A DNA stretch of 64,000 bases from Clostridia bacterium (GCA_036654095.1 JAVVSR010000001.1:239165-303164), one strand, 5' to 3'. Shown: positions 28,944 to 38,947, counted from the stretch's first letter. A program made the numbers and translations. The notes: generated from the sequence alone by a model not told the origin.

Positions 28944-30122
28944 TTACCCACAAGACGATGAAAGCATCCAATTAATGTATACGGCATATCCGCGCGTAGG
29001 GTCATTAATGAATACGTGCGTAACTGCTCCAATTAATTTACCGTTTTGTATTACAGGGCTTCCGCTCATACCCTGAACGATACCACCCGTTATATCTAAA
29101 AGTCGTTTATCCGTAATCGATATAACCATACTTTTAACTTGCGCATTATCCTGCTGCATTGTCTTAACAATATTAATTTCATAATAATCGGGCGCATTTC
29201 CGTTAACCGTTGTATAAACATATGCCTTTCCGTGTTTTATATCCAATTCGCTTCCAACTTTAATTTTTTGCGCGTCTGCGCCAACTTCCGACATTTTACC
29301 AAAAATACCAAATTCGTTGTTATTATTTATTGAACCAACACCATTATCAAAACGATTAAACACACCTCTAAGTTCGCCAGCTGCGCCTTTAACGCCTTTT
29401 TTTACGCCAATAATACTGCAATTATAAACTCTACCCGTATTTAACTCTTTAGATAAACCGGTATCCGTATCAATAATATGATGGCCAAGCGCGCCAAAAC
29501 TTCCATCACTTTTAATATAAGTCAGTGTTCCTATGCCCGATATGCAGTCTTTAATTGAAAGTCCCAATCGCGGTTCTCCCGTCAAAGTGTCCTTTAAAAA
29601 AACCGTATCGACTTCAAAAATATTTCCTCTTCTGTTGATTTTCAATTTAACATTTTTAGTAGCGACATAATTTGCTATTTTTGTAATATCACTTGGATTA
29701 TTTACTTTGTAACCATTTATTGACATTAAAATATCACCATTTTGTATACCGCTGTCAACAAGTGGATTAACTAAACCCTTATCTGTAATTATTGCGTTGG
29801 TTCCTACAATTATCGCGCCTTCCGCGCCAATGGTAACACCCAAAGGTTTTCCGCCTAAATAGACTTCTTCATTTTCTACAAATCTACAATTTAATGTTTT
29901 AATATCTAAAAAATTAAATAATTTGTAATTTAAAATTAAGCCTCCATTATCTTTATGATTGACACACAAAGAAATAGGCGGAGATGGTTCAAGCGCGCTA
30001 AAATCCTCAGTCAAAATCATCGAATCGGTATACTCGATATTCATTAAACTAAGGTTAAACCCCGAAAAAACCGCTGCAACAATAATTAGACATAAAAAAA
30101 TCTTAAACAATACATTTTTCAT
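28944..30122 (-). CDS. spoIVB: SpoIVB peptidase (S55)
   Basis: Signal anchor, PDZ-like region (GDILMSINGYKV), and S55 catalytic regions GTLTYI, GALGH and GMSGSPV. Confidence 0.9.
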   Translation of the reverse strand: MKNVLFKIFLCLIIVAAVFSGFNLSLMNIEYTDSMILTEDFSALEPSPPISLCVNHKDNGGLILNYKLFNFLDIKTLNCRFVENEEVYLGGKPLGVTIGAEGAIIVGTNAIITDKGLVNPLVDSGIQNGDILMSINGYKVNNPSDITKIANYVATKNVKLKINRRGNIFEVDTVFLKDTLTGEPRLGLSIKDCISGIGTLTYIKSDGSFGALGHHIIDTDTGLSKELNTGRVYNCSIIGVKKGVKGAAGELRGVFNRFDNGVGSINNNNEFGIFGKMSEVGADAQKIKVGSELDIKHGKAYVYTTVNGNAPDYYEINIVKTMQQDNAQVKSMVISITDKRLLDITGGIVQGMSGSPVIQNGKLIGAVTHVFINDPTRGYAVYINWMLSSSCG

Positions 30123-30247
30123 AATTCACCAATGATAGTGTAGAATTTAAGATAAATAATATACAAAAAAAATAATATTATATTTTGTAAATTTTGGTAT
30201 TATTCTTAAAAACTCGATTTTATAGAATAATATTTTGAAAATAATTG

Positions 30248-31951
30248 TTAAAACTTCAATTTATACTCATTACTATGTTTTTTCATAACCATAGCGTGCG
30301 GTATTGCGTGCGTACTGTACGCGCTACCTCCAATAAGCCTAGCAATCTCATTAATTTCGCCATTTTCATCTAATAAAGTCAAGTGGGTATTAGTTTTATC
30401 GCCCTCAACAACCTTCTCGATTTTATAATGCAAGTCGGCCATGCTTGCTAGCTGCGGAAGATGTGTAACCGCTATAACCTGCCTGGAATGTGATATATTA
30501 TAAAGTTTTTCAGCGACAATCTGCGCAATATTGCCACTTATGCCTGAGTCAATTTCATCAAAAACCATTGTACCAATATTGTCCAATTTTGCAATAATAT
30601 TTTTCAAAGCGAGCATAAACCGCGACATTTCGCCACCCGAAATGATTTTTGCAAGCGGTTTCAGTGGCTCGCCGATATTCGCTGAAATTAAAAATTCAAT
30701 CACATCATAACCATTTTCCGTACAACACTTTGGTGTTATATCGTTTTCAAATACAAAGCTAACCTTAAATTTTGAGCCAGACATGCCAAGTTCAGCTAAT
30801 TGAGTATTTATTTCATTTTCAAAAGATTTCGCAAGCGTTTCACGTTGTTTATGCAATGACTTACTTGCATTAACTAGGTTTTCACCCTGCTTTTTAATTA
30901 AATTTTCAAGTTTGGCGCAAGTTTCTTCAGCAGACGAAAGCATTGTATACTCTGCTTTTGCGTTTGACAAAAAATCAAGCGCGCTTGTAATTGTTCCACC
31001 ATATTTTCTAGCTAACGACCTTACTAATTCAATTCTCTTTTCAACCTTTTCGGCAGTAAAGTCATCAAATTGCAAATCCGACAGTTGCGTTTCAAGTGTT
31101 TCAGAAATATCTTGTATTTCAATTTTAGCCACATCAAGCCTATCGGCCATTTCAAGATAATTTTTGTCAAAATCAGAAACCGACATTAACATATTTTTTG
31201 ATTTGCCTATTGCCGACAGCGCAGAAAAACTATCCACGCTTCCGCTTAAAAGTTCAATGCAATCAGTCACTGCATTAACAATTTTTTCAATGTTGCGAAA
31301 TTTTCTTCGTTCAGATATAAGTTCGTCTTCCTCGCCTTCGTGAATGTCAGCCTTTTCAAGCTCATCAATTTGATACGACAACACGTCAATTTTGCGCGCG
31401 CGTTCTTCGGTGTTGCCATACTTTTTATATTCCGCAACACTTTCTTTGTACAAATTAAATGCAGTTTTGCAATCCGATTGTAACTTTAAGATTGAATTTC
31501 CACCATAGTTATCTAACAATGTAATATGCGTTGACGTTCTAAGCAACGACTGGTGTTCGTGTTGACCGTGAATATCTGCAATAAGCTCGGTTAGCCCCTT
31601 TAACATATTTAATGTGCAAGGATGACCATTTATACGACACTCGTTTTTGCCACTTATACTCATTGAACGCTTAATAATTAAGCAATCCTCTGCCGATATG
31701 TCAAGTTCATCTAACTGAACTTTAATCTTATCATTTAAATAATCCTCAAAAACAGCCTCAACAGTCGCGCTTTCCGCTCCAAACCTGATAAGCGTTTTGT
31801 CGGCGCGCTCGCCCAACACAAAATTTAGCGAGTCAATAATTATTGACTTACCTGCGCCTGTTTCACCGCTTAAAATATTTAGACCTTTACCAAGTGTTAT
31901 CGAAAGATTTTCAATTAAAGCAATGTTTTTGATATTTAAAAGGGATAACAT
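30248..31951 (-). CDS. recN: DNA repair protein RecN
   Basis: N-terminal Walker A LSGETGAGKSIIIDS, a long coiled-coil, a C-terminal SGGE signature and Walker B MVFDEIDSG. Confidence 0.95.
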   Translation of the reverse strand: MLSLLNIKNIALIENLSITLGKGLNILSGETGAGKSIIIDSLNFVLGERADKTLIRFGAESATVEAVFEDYLNDKIKVQLDELDISAEDCLIIKRSMSISGKNECRINGHPCTLNMLKGLTELIADIHGQHEHQSLLRTSTHITLLDNYGGNSILKLQSDCKTAFNLYKESVAEYKKYGNTEERARKIDVLSYQIDELEKADIHEGEEDELISERRKFRNIEKIVNAVTDCIELLSGSVDSFSALSAIGKSKNMLMSVSDFDKNYLEMADRLDVAKIEIQDISETLETQLSDLQFDDFTAEKVEKRIELVRSLARKYGGTITSALDFLSNAKAEYTMLSSAEETCAKLENLIKKQGENLVNASKSLHKQRETLAKSFENEINTQLAELGMSGSKFKVSFVFENDITPKCCTENGYDVIEFLISANIGEPLKPLAKIISGGEMSRFMLALKNIIAKLDNIGTMVFDEIDSGISGNIAQIVAEKLYNISHSRQVIAVTHLPQLASMADLHYKIEKVVEGDKTNTHLTLLDENGEINEIARLIGGSAYSTHAIPHAMVMKKHSNEYKLKF

Positions 31952-31958
31952 ATTGAAA

Positions 31959-32411
31959 TTACTCCATCAAAGACTTTAGTTTATCAACAATTCCTTCAAC
32001 CTTATCCAAGCTTTTCACAACAATTAAAATTGTGTCATCGCCAGCAACGCAACCAATAACTTCGGGGAAGCTCATTTTATCAATCAATGCCGCCGCTGAG
32101 TTTGCGCTACCGCTAATAGTTTTAATTACTATTAAGTTAAAAGAAGCGTCAACAGACACCACCGATTCCCTAAATAAGTTTAAAAGTTTGCCCGACGTTT
32201 TCTGTTCTCGAGGTTGAGGTTGCGCATATTTGTAGGTTTTGTTTTGTGTCATCACCTTAATAAGCCCTAAATCCTTGATGTCGCGCGATACGGTCGCTTG
32301 TGTTACATTGTAGCCTTCAATGCGTAAAGCATCGGCCAACGCATCTTGTGTTTCAATTTCATTTTTTGAAATTAGCTCAATAAGTTTAAGCTGTCTGCCG
32401 GTTCTTGCCAT
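31959..32411 (-). CDS. argR: Arginine repressor
   Basis: wHTH motif TQATVSRDIKDLGL and C-terminal GTIAGDDT-like motif GCVAGDDTILIV. The start was set at MARTGRQ, which has a gagagg SD. Confidence 0.9.
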   Translation of the reverse strand: MARTGRQLKLIELISKNEIETQDALADALRIEGYNVTQATVSRDIKDLGLIKVMTQNKTYKYAQPQPREQKTSGKLLNLFRESVVSVDASFNLIVIKTISGSANSAAALIDKMSFPEVIGCVAGDDTILIVVKSLDKVEGIVDKLKSLME

Positions 32412-32460
32412 AACTAACCCTCTCAATCATTAAATATTTATAATTAGTAAAAAACTACAA

Positions 32461-33315
32461 TTACTCCTTATCGACAGAAGTAACTCCCCAATAGTTCAAT
32501 TTTTTTAAGAGTTTATCGTAAAAACCCTCATTTTTAAGTTTTATAAAGCAAGCAGAATGTTTAGCCTTGACCACATAAATAGGTTTATTTTTTGAAACGT
32601 TGCAAATAAATTGACCATCAATGACCAAGTCGGCTTCCATAAAAAGTTCAGGAGCGGAAACGGTTATCGCGTGAGTATCCGCCATAACGATAGGCCTGCT
32701 ATGTAAGGAGTGCGCACAAACGGTATTTACAATAATTGCTTTAATATCTGGGCCTAAAATTGGTCCACCACACGACAGAGAGTATGCAGTTGAACCAGTT
32801 GGAGTGCTGACAATAAGGCCATCTGCCAAATACTTATCTAAAAGTTTCCCGTCATATTCAACCTGAATGTAGATAGGACGAGTGTTGTGACCTTTAGATA
32901 AAACAAGTTCATTAAGCGCAAAGTAACTTACGTTTTCATAAGTGATTTGCAACAATGACCTTTCCTCTATCGTATAACGATTTTGGAATACACACGAAAT
33001 AGCGTACTCGATTTCGTCGTATTCAACTTCAGTTAAAAAGCCCAACGTACCTAAGTTAATGCAAAGCAGCGGAATATTTCGTTCGCCAATAGTTTTAACA
33101 GCGTTCAAAACAGTGCCATCTCCGCCTAAAACAATTAAAATTTCAGCGCGGTCAATACTATCGCAAAGCAAACCAACAGTTTGCCCTTCAAAATTACCAA
33201 CAGAATTTGAGGTAATGGAATAAGAAACACCCTTATCGGTCAGTATTTTAACTAACTGTCTAACAACATTTTTATCTTGTATCTTTTCCAAATTTGCGTA
33301 TACAACGATGTGCAT
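32461..33315 (-). CDS. nadK: NAD kinase
   Basis: GGDGT motif (VLGGDGTVL), then NLGTLGFLTE and STPTGSTAYSLS. Confidence 0.92.
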   Translation of the reverse strand: MHIVVYANLEKIQDKNVVRQLVKILTDKGVSYSITSNSVGNFEGQTVGLLCDSIDRAEILIVLGGDGTVLNAVKTIGERNIPLLCINLGTLGFLTEVEYDEIEYAISCVFQNRYTIEERSLLQITYENVSYFALNELVLSKGHNTRPIYIQVEYDGKLLDKYLADGLIVSTPTGSTAYSLSCGGPILGPDIKAIIVNTVCAHSLHSRPIVMADTHAITVSAPELFMEADLVIDGQFICNVSKNKPIYVVKAKHSACFIKLKNEGFYDKLLKKLNYWGVTSVDKE

Positions 33316-33514
33316 AATTTACCTCTTTTTAATACTCTATAAAACCATTATAGCCTTAAAAAAGCATAATGTCCATAGTTTATTTGCATAACTTGACATA
33401 AGATTAGATATTTTTATACAATAAGTGAATATTTAAATGAATTTAAAGCAACAAATAAAACTATTATAGTAAAATTTAAAAATTTAAAAAAAAATTATTG
33501 AAAAAAAAATTCAA

Positions 33515-35197
33515 TTACTTAGCGAAAAAATTTAATGCTTTAGATAGAATATTATTAAAATTAAAGCCAAATTCATCATAAGCCTCATCAGAGGTCATAT
33601 TTGGAATAAGGACATTATCAAAAGTAAATGACATAATATTGTTGGCGCAATAACCTTTTTTATTGTAGTATTCAAAAATCGAACTCGACAAACCGCCCGC
33701 TAAAATATTGTCTTCAAATATAAAAATCTTTTTATCTTTAAGAACATCAAGCATTTCTTCATCAATCGGATTAACAAAGCGCGCATTGACAGTACTTAAA
33801 TTTAAGCCATTATTCATAGCACTTTCTTTAAGTTTTACAGCTAAATTGGCCATTTTAGAGCCAGTATATATAATTATGCCTTGTTCGCCATTTTCAACAA
33901 AATATTCCCACTTGCCTAGACTAATTGGCGATACTTTCAAAAAATTATCCTCGCCGCCTTTGCAATAACGCAAAGCAATAGGCTTGTTTACAGTAAGTGT
34001 CCACTTCAACATCGCTTCAAGCTCATCACCATTTTTCGGCGATGCAATTATCATATTTGCCGTTCTTAAAAAACTTAAATTAATTAAACCTTGATGTGTT
34101 TCTCCATCGTCAGAAACGATACCACTATGGTCAACACATAGCGTAACCGAAAGATTTTGCACCATAATATCGTGTATAATTTGGTCAAAACCACGTTGTA
34201 AAAATGTACTGTACACTGCAAAATATGGTTTTAACCCCTCTTTAGCCAATGCCGCGCACATTGTAACAGCATGCCCTTCAGCTATACCTGTATCAAAAAA
34301 CCTATCAGGATATTTATTTGCAAAGCTGCCTAAACCAGTGCCGTCGGCCATAGCTGCCGTGACTGCAACTACACGTTTATCTGCGCCCGCCATTTCAACA
34401 AGGGTATCACCCATACGTTTTGAAAAGCTGTCGCCACATTTTGCGCCGACTGAATGAAATTTATCAGGACACTCCTCTGCTTTATTATAGCCCTTACCTT
34501 TTTCAGTAATAACATGGACAACTACGCTTTTTTTTGACTGTTTTGCGCACTCTAATGCGTCAATTAAAGATACAAAGTCGTGTCCGTTGATTTGTCCAAT
34601 ATAATCGAAACCTAATGAATTAAAAAAACATTTAGCCGAGTTCTCGCATTTCAAAATTTTTGTTACTCCGCCAACTGTCGCAGAAATTGTCATATTATTG
34701 TCATTTAACACTATAATTTGTTTTGCATCGATACTTGCGCTATCGTTAAGAGCTTCGAAACACATGCCGTTGCTTAACGAACCATCGCCAACCAATGAAA
34801 CTATTTCGTAATTTTCATTTTTAAGTTTCCGAGCGCGCATCAAGCCACACGCAATAGACAACGCAGTGCTACTGTGTCCTGTATTAAAATAATCGTATTT
34901 ACTTTCAGATGATTTTGGAAATCCGCTTAATCCATCTTTTTTACGAATTGACGAAAAATTATCGCGAGTTAAAATTTTATGAGTATAGCACTGATGACCA
35001 ACATCAAACAGCAACTTATCCTTCGGAAAATCAAAAACGTAATGCAATGCGATTGTTAATTCAACAACTCCAAGGTTTGAAGCAAGATGCCCGCCATTGA
35101 CGGGTATAACCTCTAATATGGTTTTTCTAACATTTTGGGCAAGTATATTTAACTCATCGATACTGAGTATTTTTAAATTAGTTCTTTTTTCGGCCAC
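33515..35197 (-). CDS. dxs: 1-deoxy-D-xylulose-5-phosphate synthase (compact, 560 aa)
   Basis: GGHLASNLGVVELTIALH, DVGHQCY, GDGSLSNGM (ThDP motif) and DVGIAEGHAV-like (DTGIAEGHAV). The protein lacks about 50 aa of the usual flexible linker. Confidence 0.92.
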   Translation of the reverse strand: MAEKRTNLKILSIDELNILAQNVRKTILEVIPVNGGHLASNLGVVELTIALHYVFDFPKDKLLFDVGHQCYTHKILTRDNFSSIRKKDGLSGFPKSSESKYDYFNTGHSSTALSIACGLMRARKLKNENYEIVSLVGDGSLSNGMCFEALNDSASIDAKQIIVLNDNNMTISATVGGVTKILKCENSAKCFFNSLGFDYIGQINGHDFVSLIDALECAKQSKKSVVVHVITEKGKGYNKAEECPDKFHSVGAKCGDSFSKRMGDTLVEMAGADKRVVAVTAAMADGTGLGSFANKYPDRFFDTGIAEGHAVTMCAALAKEGLKPYFAVYSTFLQRGFDQIIHDIMVQNLSVTLCVDHSGIVSDDGETHQGLINLSFLRTANMIIASPKNGDELEAMLKWTLTVNKPIALRYCKGGEDNFLKVSPISLGKWEYFVENGEQGIIIYTGSKMANLAVKLKESAMNNGLNLSTVNARFVNPIDEEMLDVLKDKKIFIFEDNILAGGLSSSIFEYYNKKGYCANNIMSFTFDNVLIPNMTSDEAYDEFGFNFNNILSKALNFFAK

Positions 35198-35873
35198 GCT
35201 TCTTATTCTCCTTTGTGAACACTGAAATTACGCGCGCTGTTAGCATAACAAATTCTTTCGACTTATTGATTGCATAGTTTTTTAAAAATGCTTTTCCGCC
35301 TACAATCAATGCCGACACCACTGCGCTAACGCAAATAGTTACAAGTTGAACAATTTGATTTTCAGCATTTATTACTATTTTTGAAACAATAACGACCGTA
35401 CACGCGCCCGATAGAATACCAAAAATATCGCCTATTACGTCGTTACAAATATTTGCAACGACTTCGGCATTTTTAACAAGCCGTATAGCCGTTTTACTGC
35501 CATGCACCTTTTTACTTGCCATCGCAGTTAAAGGCGCAAGTTCACAACTAGCAACGGCAACGCCAATGCCGTCAAACAAAATACTTCCTGAAATTAAAAA
35601 CAACAACAGTAAAATAGTAACAATAATGTTACCCGCCGTTGAAGTCATTTGCGCTATAAAACTAAAAAAAGCTGACAAAAAAAATGTGATTACAGTCGCC
35701 TTAATCGCCCAGTGCGATTTTAGCCCGCTTTTTTTTGGTTTATCAACTTTATCATTTTTACTTTTTATACTTTTGACAGTTACTTCAGACGCATTGCCAT
35801 TTGCCACAGATATCGGAACTTCATCTGTAAGATTATGGCTAAATTCGCCGTCTTGATTGTCGCTTTTATTCAT
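35178..35873 (-). CDS. oapA: Small polytopic membrane protein, inferred OLE-associated protein A
   Basis: A hydrophilic ~70-aa N-terminus is followed by ~4 TM helices. It lies immediately downstream of the structured RNA and upstream of, and overlapping, dxs, which is the defining OapA context. The start was set at MNKSDNQ (ATG 35871-35873, gagga SD), because the longer ORF start at 35930 lies inside the RNA element. Confidence 0.6.
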   Translation of the reverse strand: MNKSDNQDGEFSHNLTDEVPISVANGNASEVTVKSIKSKNDKVDKPKKSGLKSHWAIKATVITFFLSAFFSFIAQMTSTAGNIIVTILLLLFLISGSILFDGIGVAVASCELAPLTAMASKKVHGSKTAIRLVKNAEVVANICNDVIGDIFGILSGACTVVIVSKIVINAENQIVQLVTICVSAVVSALIVGGKAFLKNYAINKSKEFVMLTARVISVFTKENKKRGRKKN

Positions 35874-35885
35874 ATAGTCCTCAAT

Positions 35886-36477
35886 AAAAAAAAATAATGG
35901 TGGTAATAACTTGAGTAAACCTTGCGCCATTAGGTCCAGTAGAGTTTCTCTTTACGAAAACTTTTCGTCGCCGAAAAAGGAGTTTCCTATTAAATCGTAA
36001 ACCACGGAGTTGCCAACCGCGAGACTAGATTGCCACTTAGAGCACACTATAATCCCCAAATTATTTCCAATGGAACAGCCTAGAAGATTTCCTTGACAGA
36101 CCTAGAGCACACTTAGTTTCTTTTGCAAAGTAAGTTTCATTAGGCAATCGGCATAGCATATTGGCCAACATACAAAGCCGTGTTCCTAAATTCACATACT
36201 CCACTCAAAACAGGCTACACTGCACACAGCGATTAACCGCATTACAGGTTTACCCTAACCAGTAGAAGATTTGACATCTACCGAATTAAGCCTCCACGAT
36301 AATTGGGTCGTTGTTTGCATGCCATTGCAAATCGCCCAAAAATCTTAACTCCCAGCAGCAGCCCTTGTTTGGGCAACAAAAGCCACCACCAGAAACTTCA
36401 TCGATATGCCCTTTAACAGTATTTTAACCCTGTCTTGGGTGTGGCCGGCCTGACTAGAATACTGCACCACCATTTTC
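35886..36477 (-). ncRNA. ole: Large structured ncRNA, inferred OLE (ornate, large, extremophilic) RNA
   Basis: ORF-free segment with much higher G+C than its flanks and a consensus promoter directly upstream. A 9-bp terminal closing helix pairs 36466-36474 with 35896-35904, followed by a U9 run. There are many internal hairpins. The context ispA-RNA-membrane protein-dxs is that of OLE. Confidence 0.75.
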
Positions 36478-36483
36478 AATAAT

Positions 36484-36512
36484 ATTATAGCATAACTTTT
36501 TAAAAAATTCAA
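36484..36512 (-). promoter_or_regulatory. Sigma-A type promoter driving the OLE-like RNA
   Basis: On the minus strand: TTGAAT (36507-36512), a 17-nt spacer, then TATAAT (36484-36489). The predicted start is near 36477. Confidence 0.7.
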
Positions 36513-36736
36513 ATGATTTTATAATTATTGCCTAAATATATAATAATAATATATACAATATACAGCAAAAAAGTTACTTAATTATAAAATTTATTTATAT
36601 ATAAATAACAATATTGAAAATTTCAATCATATATAACAAACAAATTTAGTGTAGTTTTTTTTAAAAATACCGATTTTTATGTTAAAAAACTAATTAATTC
36701 ATTAAATATTGTATTTAATCAAAAATGAAATATAAC

Positions 36737-37561
36737 CTAACAACATTTAATTGTTGACAAAAGTTCAATCAATGGTTCATTGTTTTGCAGTGGCTTAATT
36801 GCCAAAAGAGCGTTATCAATATTTTGTTTTAAATCCCTTTTCGCAATTTCAAGCCCAAAAACATTTGCATAGTTGTATTGTAACAGCTTAGCGTCTTTGC
36901 CATCTAATACATCTGAAATATCGTCGGCAATTTGAAATGCTTGACCAAAATAATCACCAAATGACTTAAGGATAGCAATGGTATCATTATCGGCATTGGC
37001 CAAAACAGCGCCTGCCTCGAGAGAACCTGTAAATAACTTCCCTGTTTTATATTTATTTACAACATCTAAGTCAAATTCATTAAGGTTCTTAAGGTTTAAG
37101 TCAAGATATTGTCCATAAATCATACCACCGATACCTGCGCAACTTGCAATAATTTTCATGGCTTTAATTTTAAATTCGGTATTGGCATTTTCAAGCATAT
37201 ATTCATAAGCGCCATTAAGCAACGCGTCGCCAGTAAGTAACGCCTGCCACTCTCCGAATTTTTTATGAACCGTTGGAATTCCCCGTCTTAAATCGTCGTT
37301 ATCCATACAAGGCATATCATCGTGTACTAGCGAATAATTGTGAATAAGTTCAATTCCAACAGCAAAAGGTAAAGCTTCATCGAAATTTCCGCCAACAACA
37401 TTGTTTGCAATTAGCAGCATAATCGGACGCAACCGTTTGCCTCCGTCCAATGCGTAAAAAATCGCCTTTCCTATGTCGCCAAAAAAACTTTGCCTTAGCG
37501 CCCAATCGGCAACAGCAATATCAACTTCTCTTTTTAAAAACGAAAGATTATTAATCGACAA
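36737..37561 (-). CDS. ispA: Farnesyl/geranyl diphosphate synthase (polyprenyl synthetase)
   Basis: First DDxxD motif in LVHDDMPCMDNDDLRRG and second DDxxD in FQIADDISD. Confidence 0.88.
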   Translation of the reverse strand: MSINNLSFLKREVDIAVADWALRQSFFGDIGKAIFYALDGGKRLRPIMLLIANNVVGGNFDEALPFAVGIELIHNYSLVHDDMPCMDNDDLRRGIPTVHKKFGEWQALLTGDALLNGAYEYMLENANTEFKIKAMKIIASCAGIGGMIYGQYLDLNLKNLNEFDLDVVNKYKTGKLFTGSLEAGAVLANADNDTIAILKSFGDYFGQAFQIADDISDVLDGKDAKLLQYNYANVFGLEIAKRDLKQNIDNALLAIKPLQNNEPLIELLSTIKCC

Positions 37562-37763
37562 TTTTAAATTCCTCCGTTAAATTTGTAAGTTCGTTAGTTA
37601 AAAGTTCAATTTTACCTTTACTGTGACTTAAAAATTCCAAACATTTTCTTGATAATTCAATACCTTTATTAAAAAGTTCGACACTTTCATCAAGTCCAAC
37701 TTTTTGACCTTCGAGTTTTTTTACAATCGATTCAAGTTCAGCATAAGCTAATTCAAAATTCAT
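37551..37763 (-). CDS. xseB: Exodeoxyribonuclease VII small subunit
   Basis: 70-aa helical protein starting FELAYAELESIVKKLE, with LDESVELFNKGIELSR. It is coupled to xseA. Confidence 0.88.
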   Translation of the reverse strand: MNFELAYAELESIVKKLEGQKVGLDESVELFNKGIELSRKCLEFLSHSKGKIELLTNELTNLTEEFKIVD

Positions 37764-38947
37764 AGATTTTCCTCCACAATAGTGTTGACTTCGGCAGATA
37801 GTTTTCCATCAATGCCTTTAACCGTAATAATATCACCAATATTAACATTTTTGACACTCAAGACTGGATTTACACCTTTATAGACTTTAAAATAACCACT
37901 TTTAAGTATTCTAGCGGGGTTTAAATTATCAAGTGTATTTATCATTTTTTCTACTAAAAACTCTTTATTTTTTGTAACCGATGTCACCGCTGTAAACATA
38001 CGCATATCCATCATTTTCAAGCGCGACATATTATCCTTATAAAGCCTCTCTACGCCATTTAACACACTTGAAGTTAAAAATTTTGTTTTATGCAAATCAG
38101 TTTCCAAATTTTTATTTACCGAAAGTTTCATTCGATTAACCATATCTACAATCTGCAAATGCGTTTGATAAAAATCATATGCGACAAGTTCGCCAGCAGC
38201 AGTCGGTGTAGCGGCGCGAGCATCGGCCGCAAAATCACATAGGGTAAAATCGGTTTCGTGACCAACCGCGCTTATAATTGGAGTTTCCATATTGTACACA
38301 GCCCTGACCACGGCTTCGTCATAAAACGGCATTAAATCTTCCAAACTTCCACCGCCACGCGCTAAAATAACGCAGTCATAGCCTAATTTATCAACGGCAT
38401 TCAACGCTAATGTAATTTCATTTACAGCAAACTCCCCTTGAACTTTAACATCTTTTACAACAATATTAATTAAAGGATTTTTTTTGCGTATAGTCCTAAA
38501 AATATCTCTAATTACCGCTCCTGTTTTTGAAGTTACAACAACAATGTTTTTTGAAAATTTAGGAATTACTTTTTTGTGCGACTCATCAAAAATGCCTTCA
38601 GATAAAAGTTTTAGTTTAAGTTCCTCAATTTTTTGAAAAAGTAAACCGATACCAACAGCCTCAATTTTACTTACAATAAAACTAAACCGACCGCCTGCAA
38701 CATAATAATCGGGCGAACCAACCACAACAACACTTTCGCCCTCTTTCGGAACATAGGTTTTTTTATATTGAAAACAGCTACATTGCAAAATTCCGCCTTT
38801 ATCTTTAAGGCTAAAGTATGCGTGCGCACCGCTAATTCTGAAACCCGAAATTTCGCCTAAAATTGCAACATTATGCAACATTTCTTCGGCTACAAAAATG
38901 TTTTTAATGTAATTATTAAATTCGGTAACGGTTAAGGTGTTCAACAT
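37760..38947 (-). CDS. xseA: Exodeoxyribonuclease VII large subunit
   Basis: N-terminal OB region (TVTEFNNYIK...GEISGFR..SGHAYFSLKD), catalytic core ARGGGSLEDL and GHETDFT. Confidence 0.9.
   Translation of the reverse strand: MLNTLTVTEFNNYIKNIFVAEEMLHNVAILGEISGFRISGAHAYFSLKDKGGILQCSCFQYKKTYVPKEGESVVVVGSPDYYVAGGRFSFIVSKIEAVGIGLLFQKIEELKLKLLSEGIFDESHKKVIPKFSKNIVVVTSKTGAVIRDIFRTIRKKNPLINIVVKDVKVQGEFAVNEITLALNAVDKLGYDCVILARGGGSLEDLMPFYDEAVVRAVYNMETPIISAVGHETDFTLCDFAADARAATPTAAGELVAYDFYQTHLQIVDMVNRMKLSVNKNLETDLHKTKFLTSSVLNGVERLYKDNMSRLKMMDMRMFTAVTSVTKNKEFLVEKMINTLDNLNPARILKSGYFKVYKGVNPVLSVKNVNIGDIITVKGIDGKLSAEVNTIVEENL

Noticed and set aside
35874-35930. An N-terminal extension of the oapA-like ORF (MAQGLLKLLPPLFFFIEDY).
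   Set aside because: The upstream ATG lies inside the structured RNA, within and upstream of its closing helix and U tract, and has no SD. The internal ATG at 35873 has a GAGGA SD.
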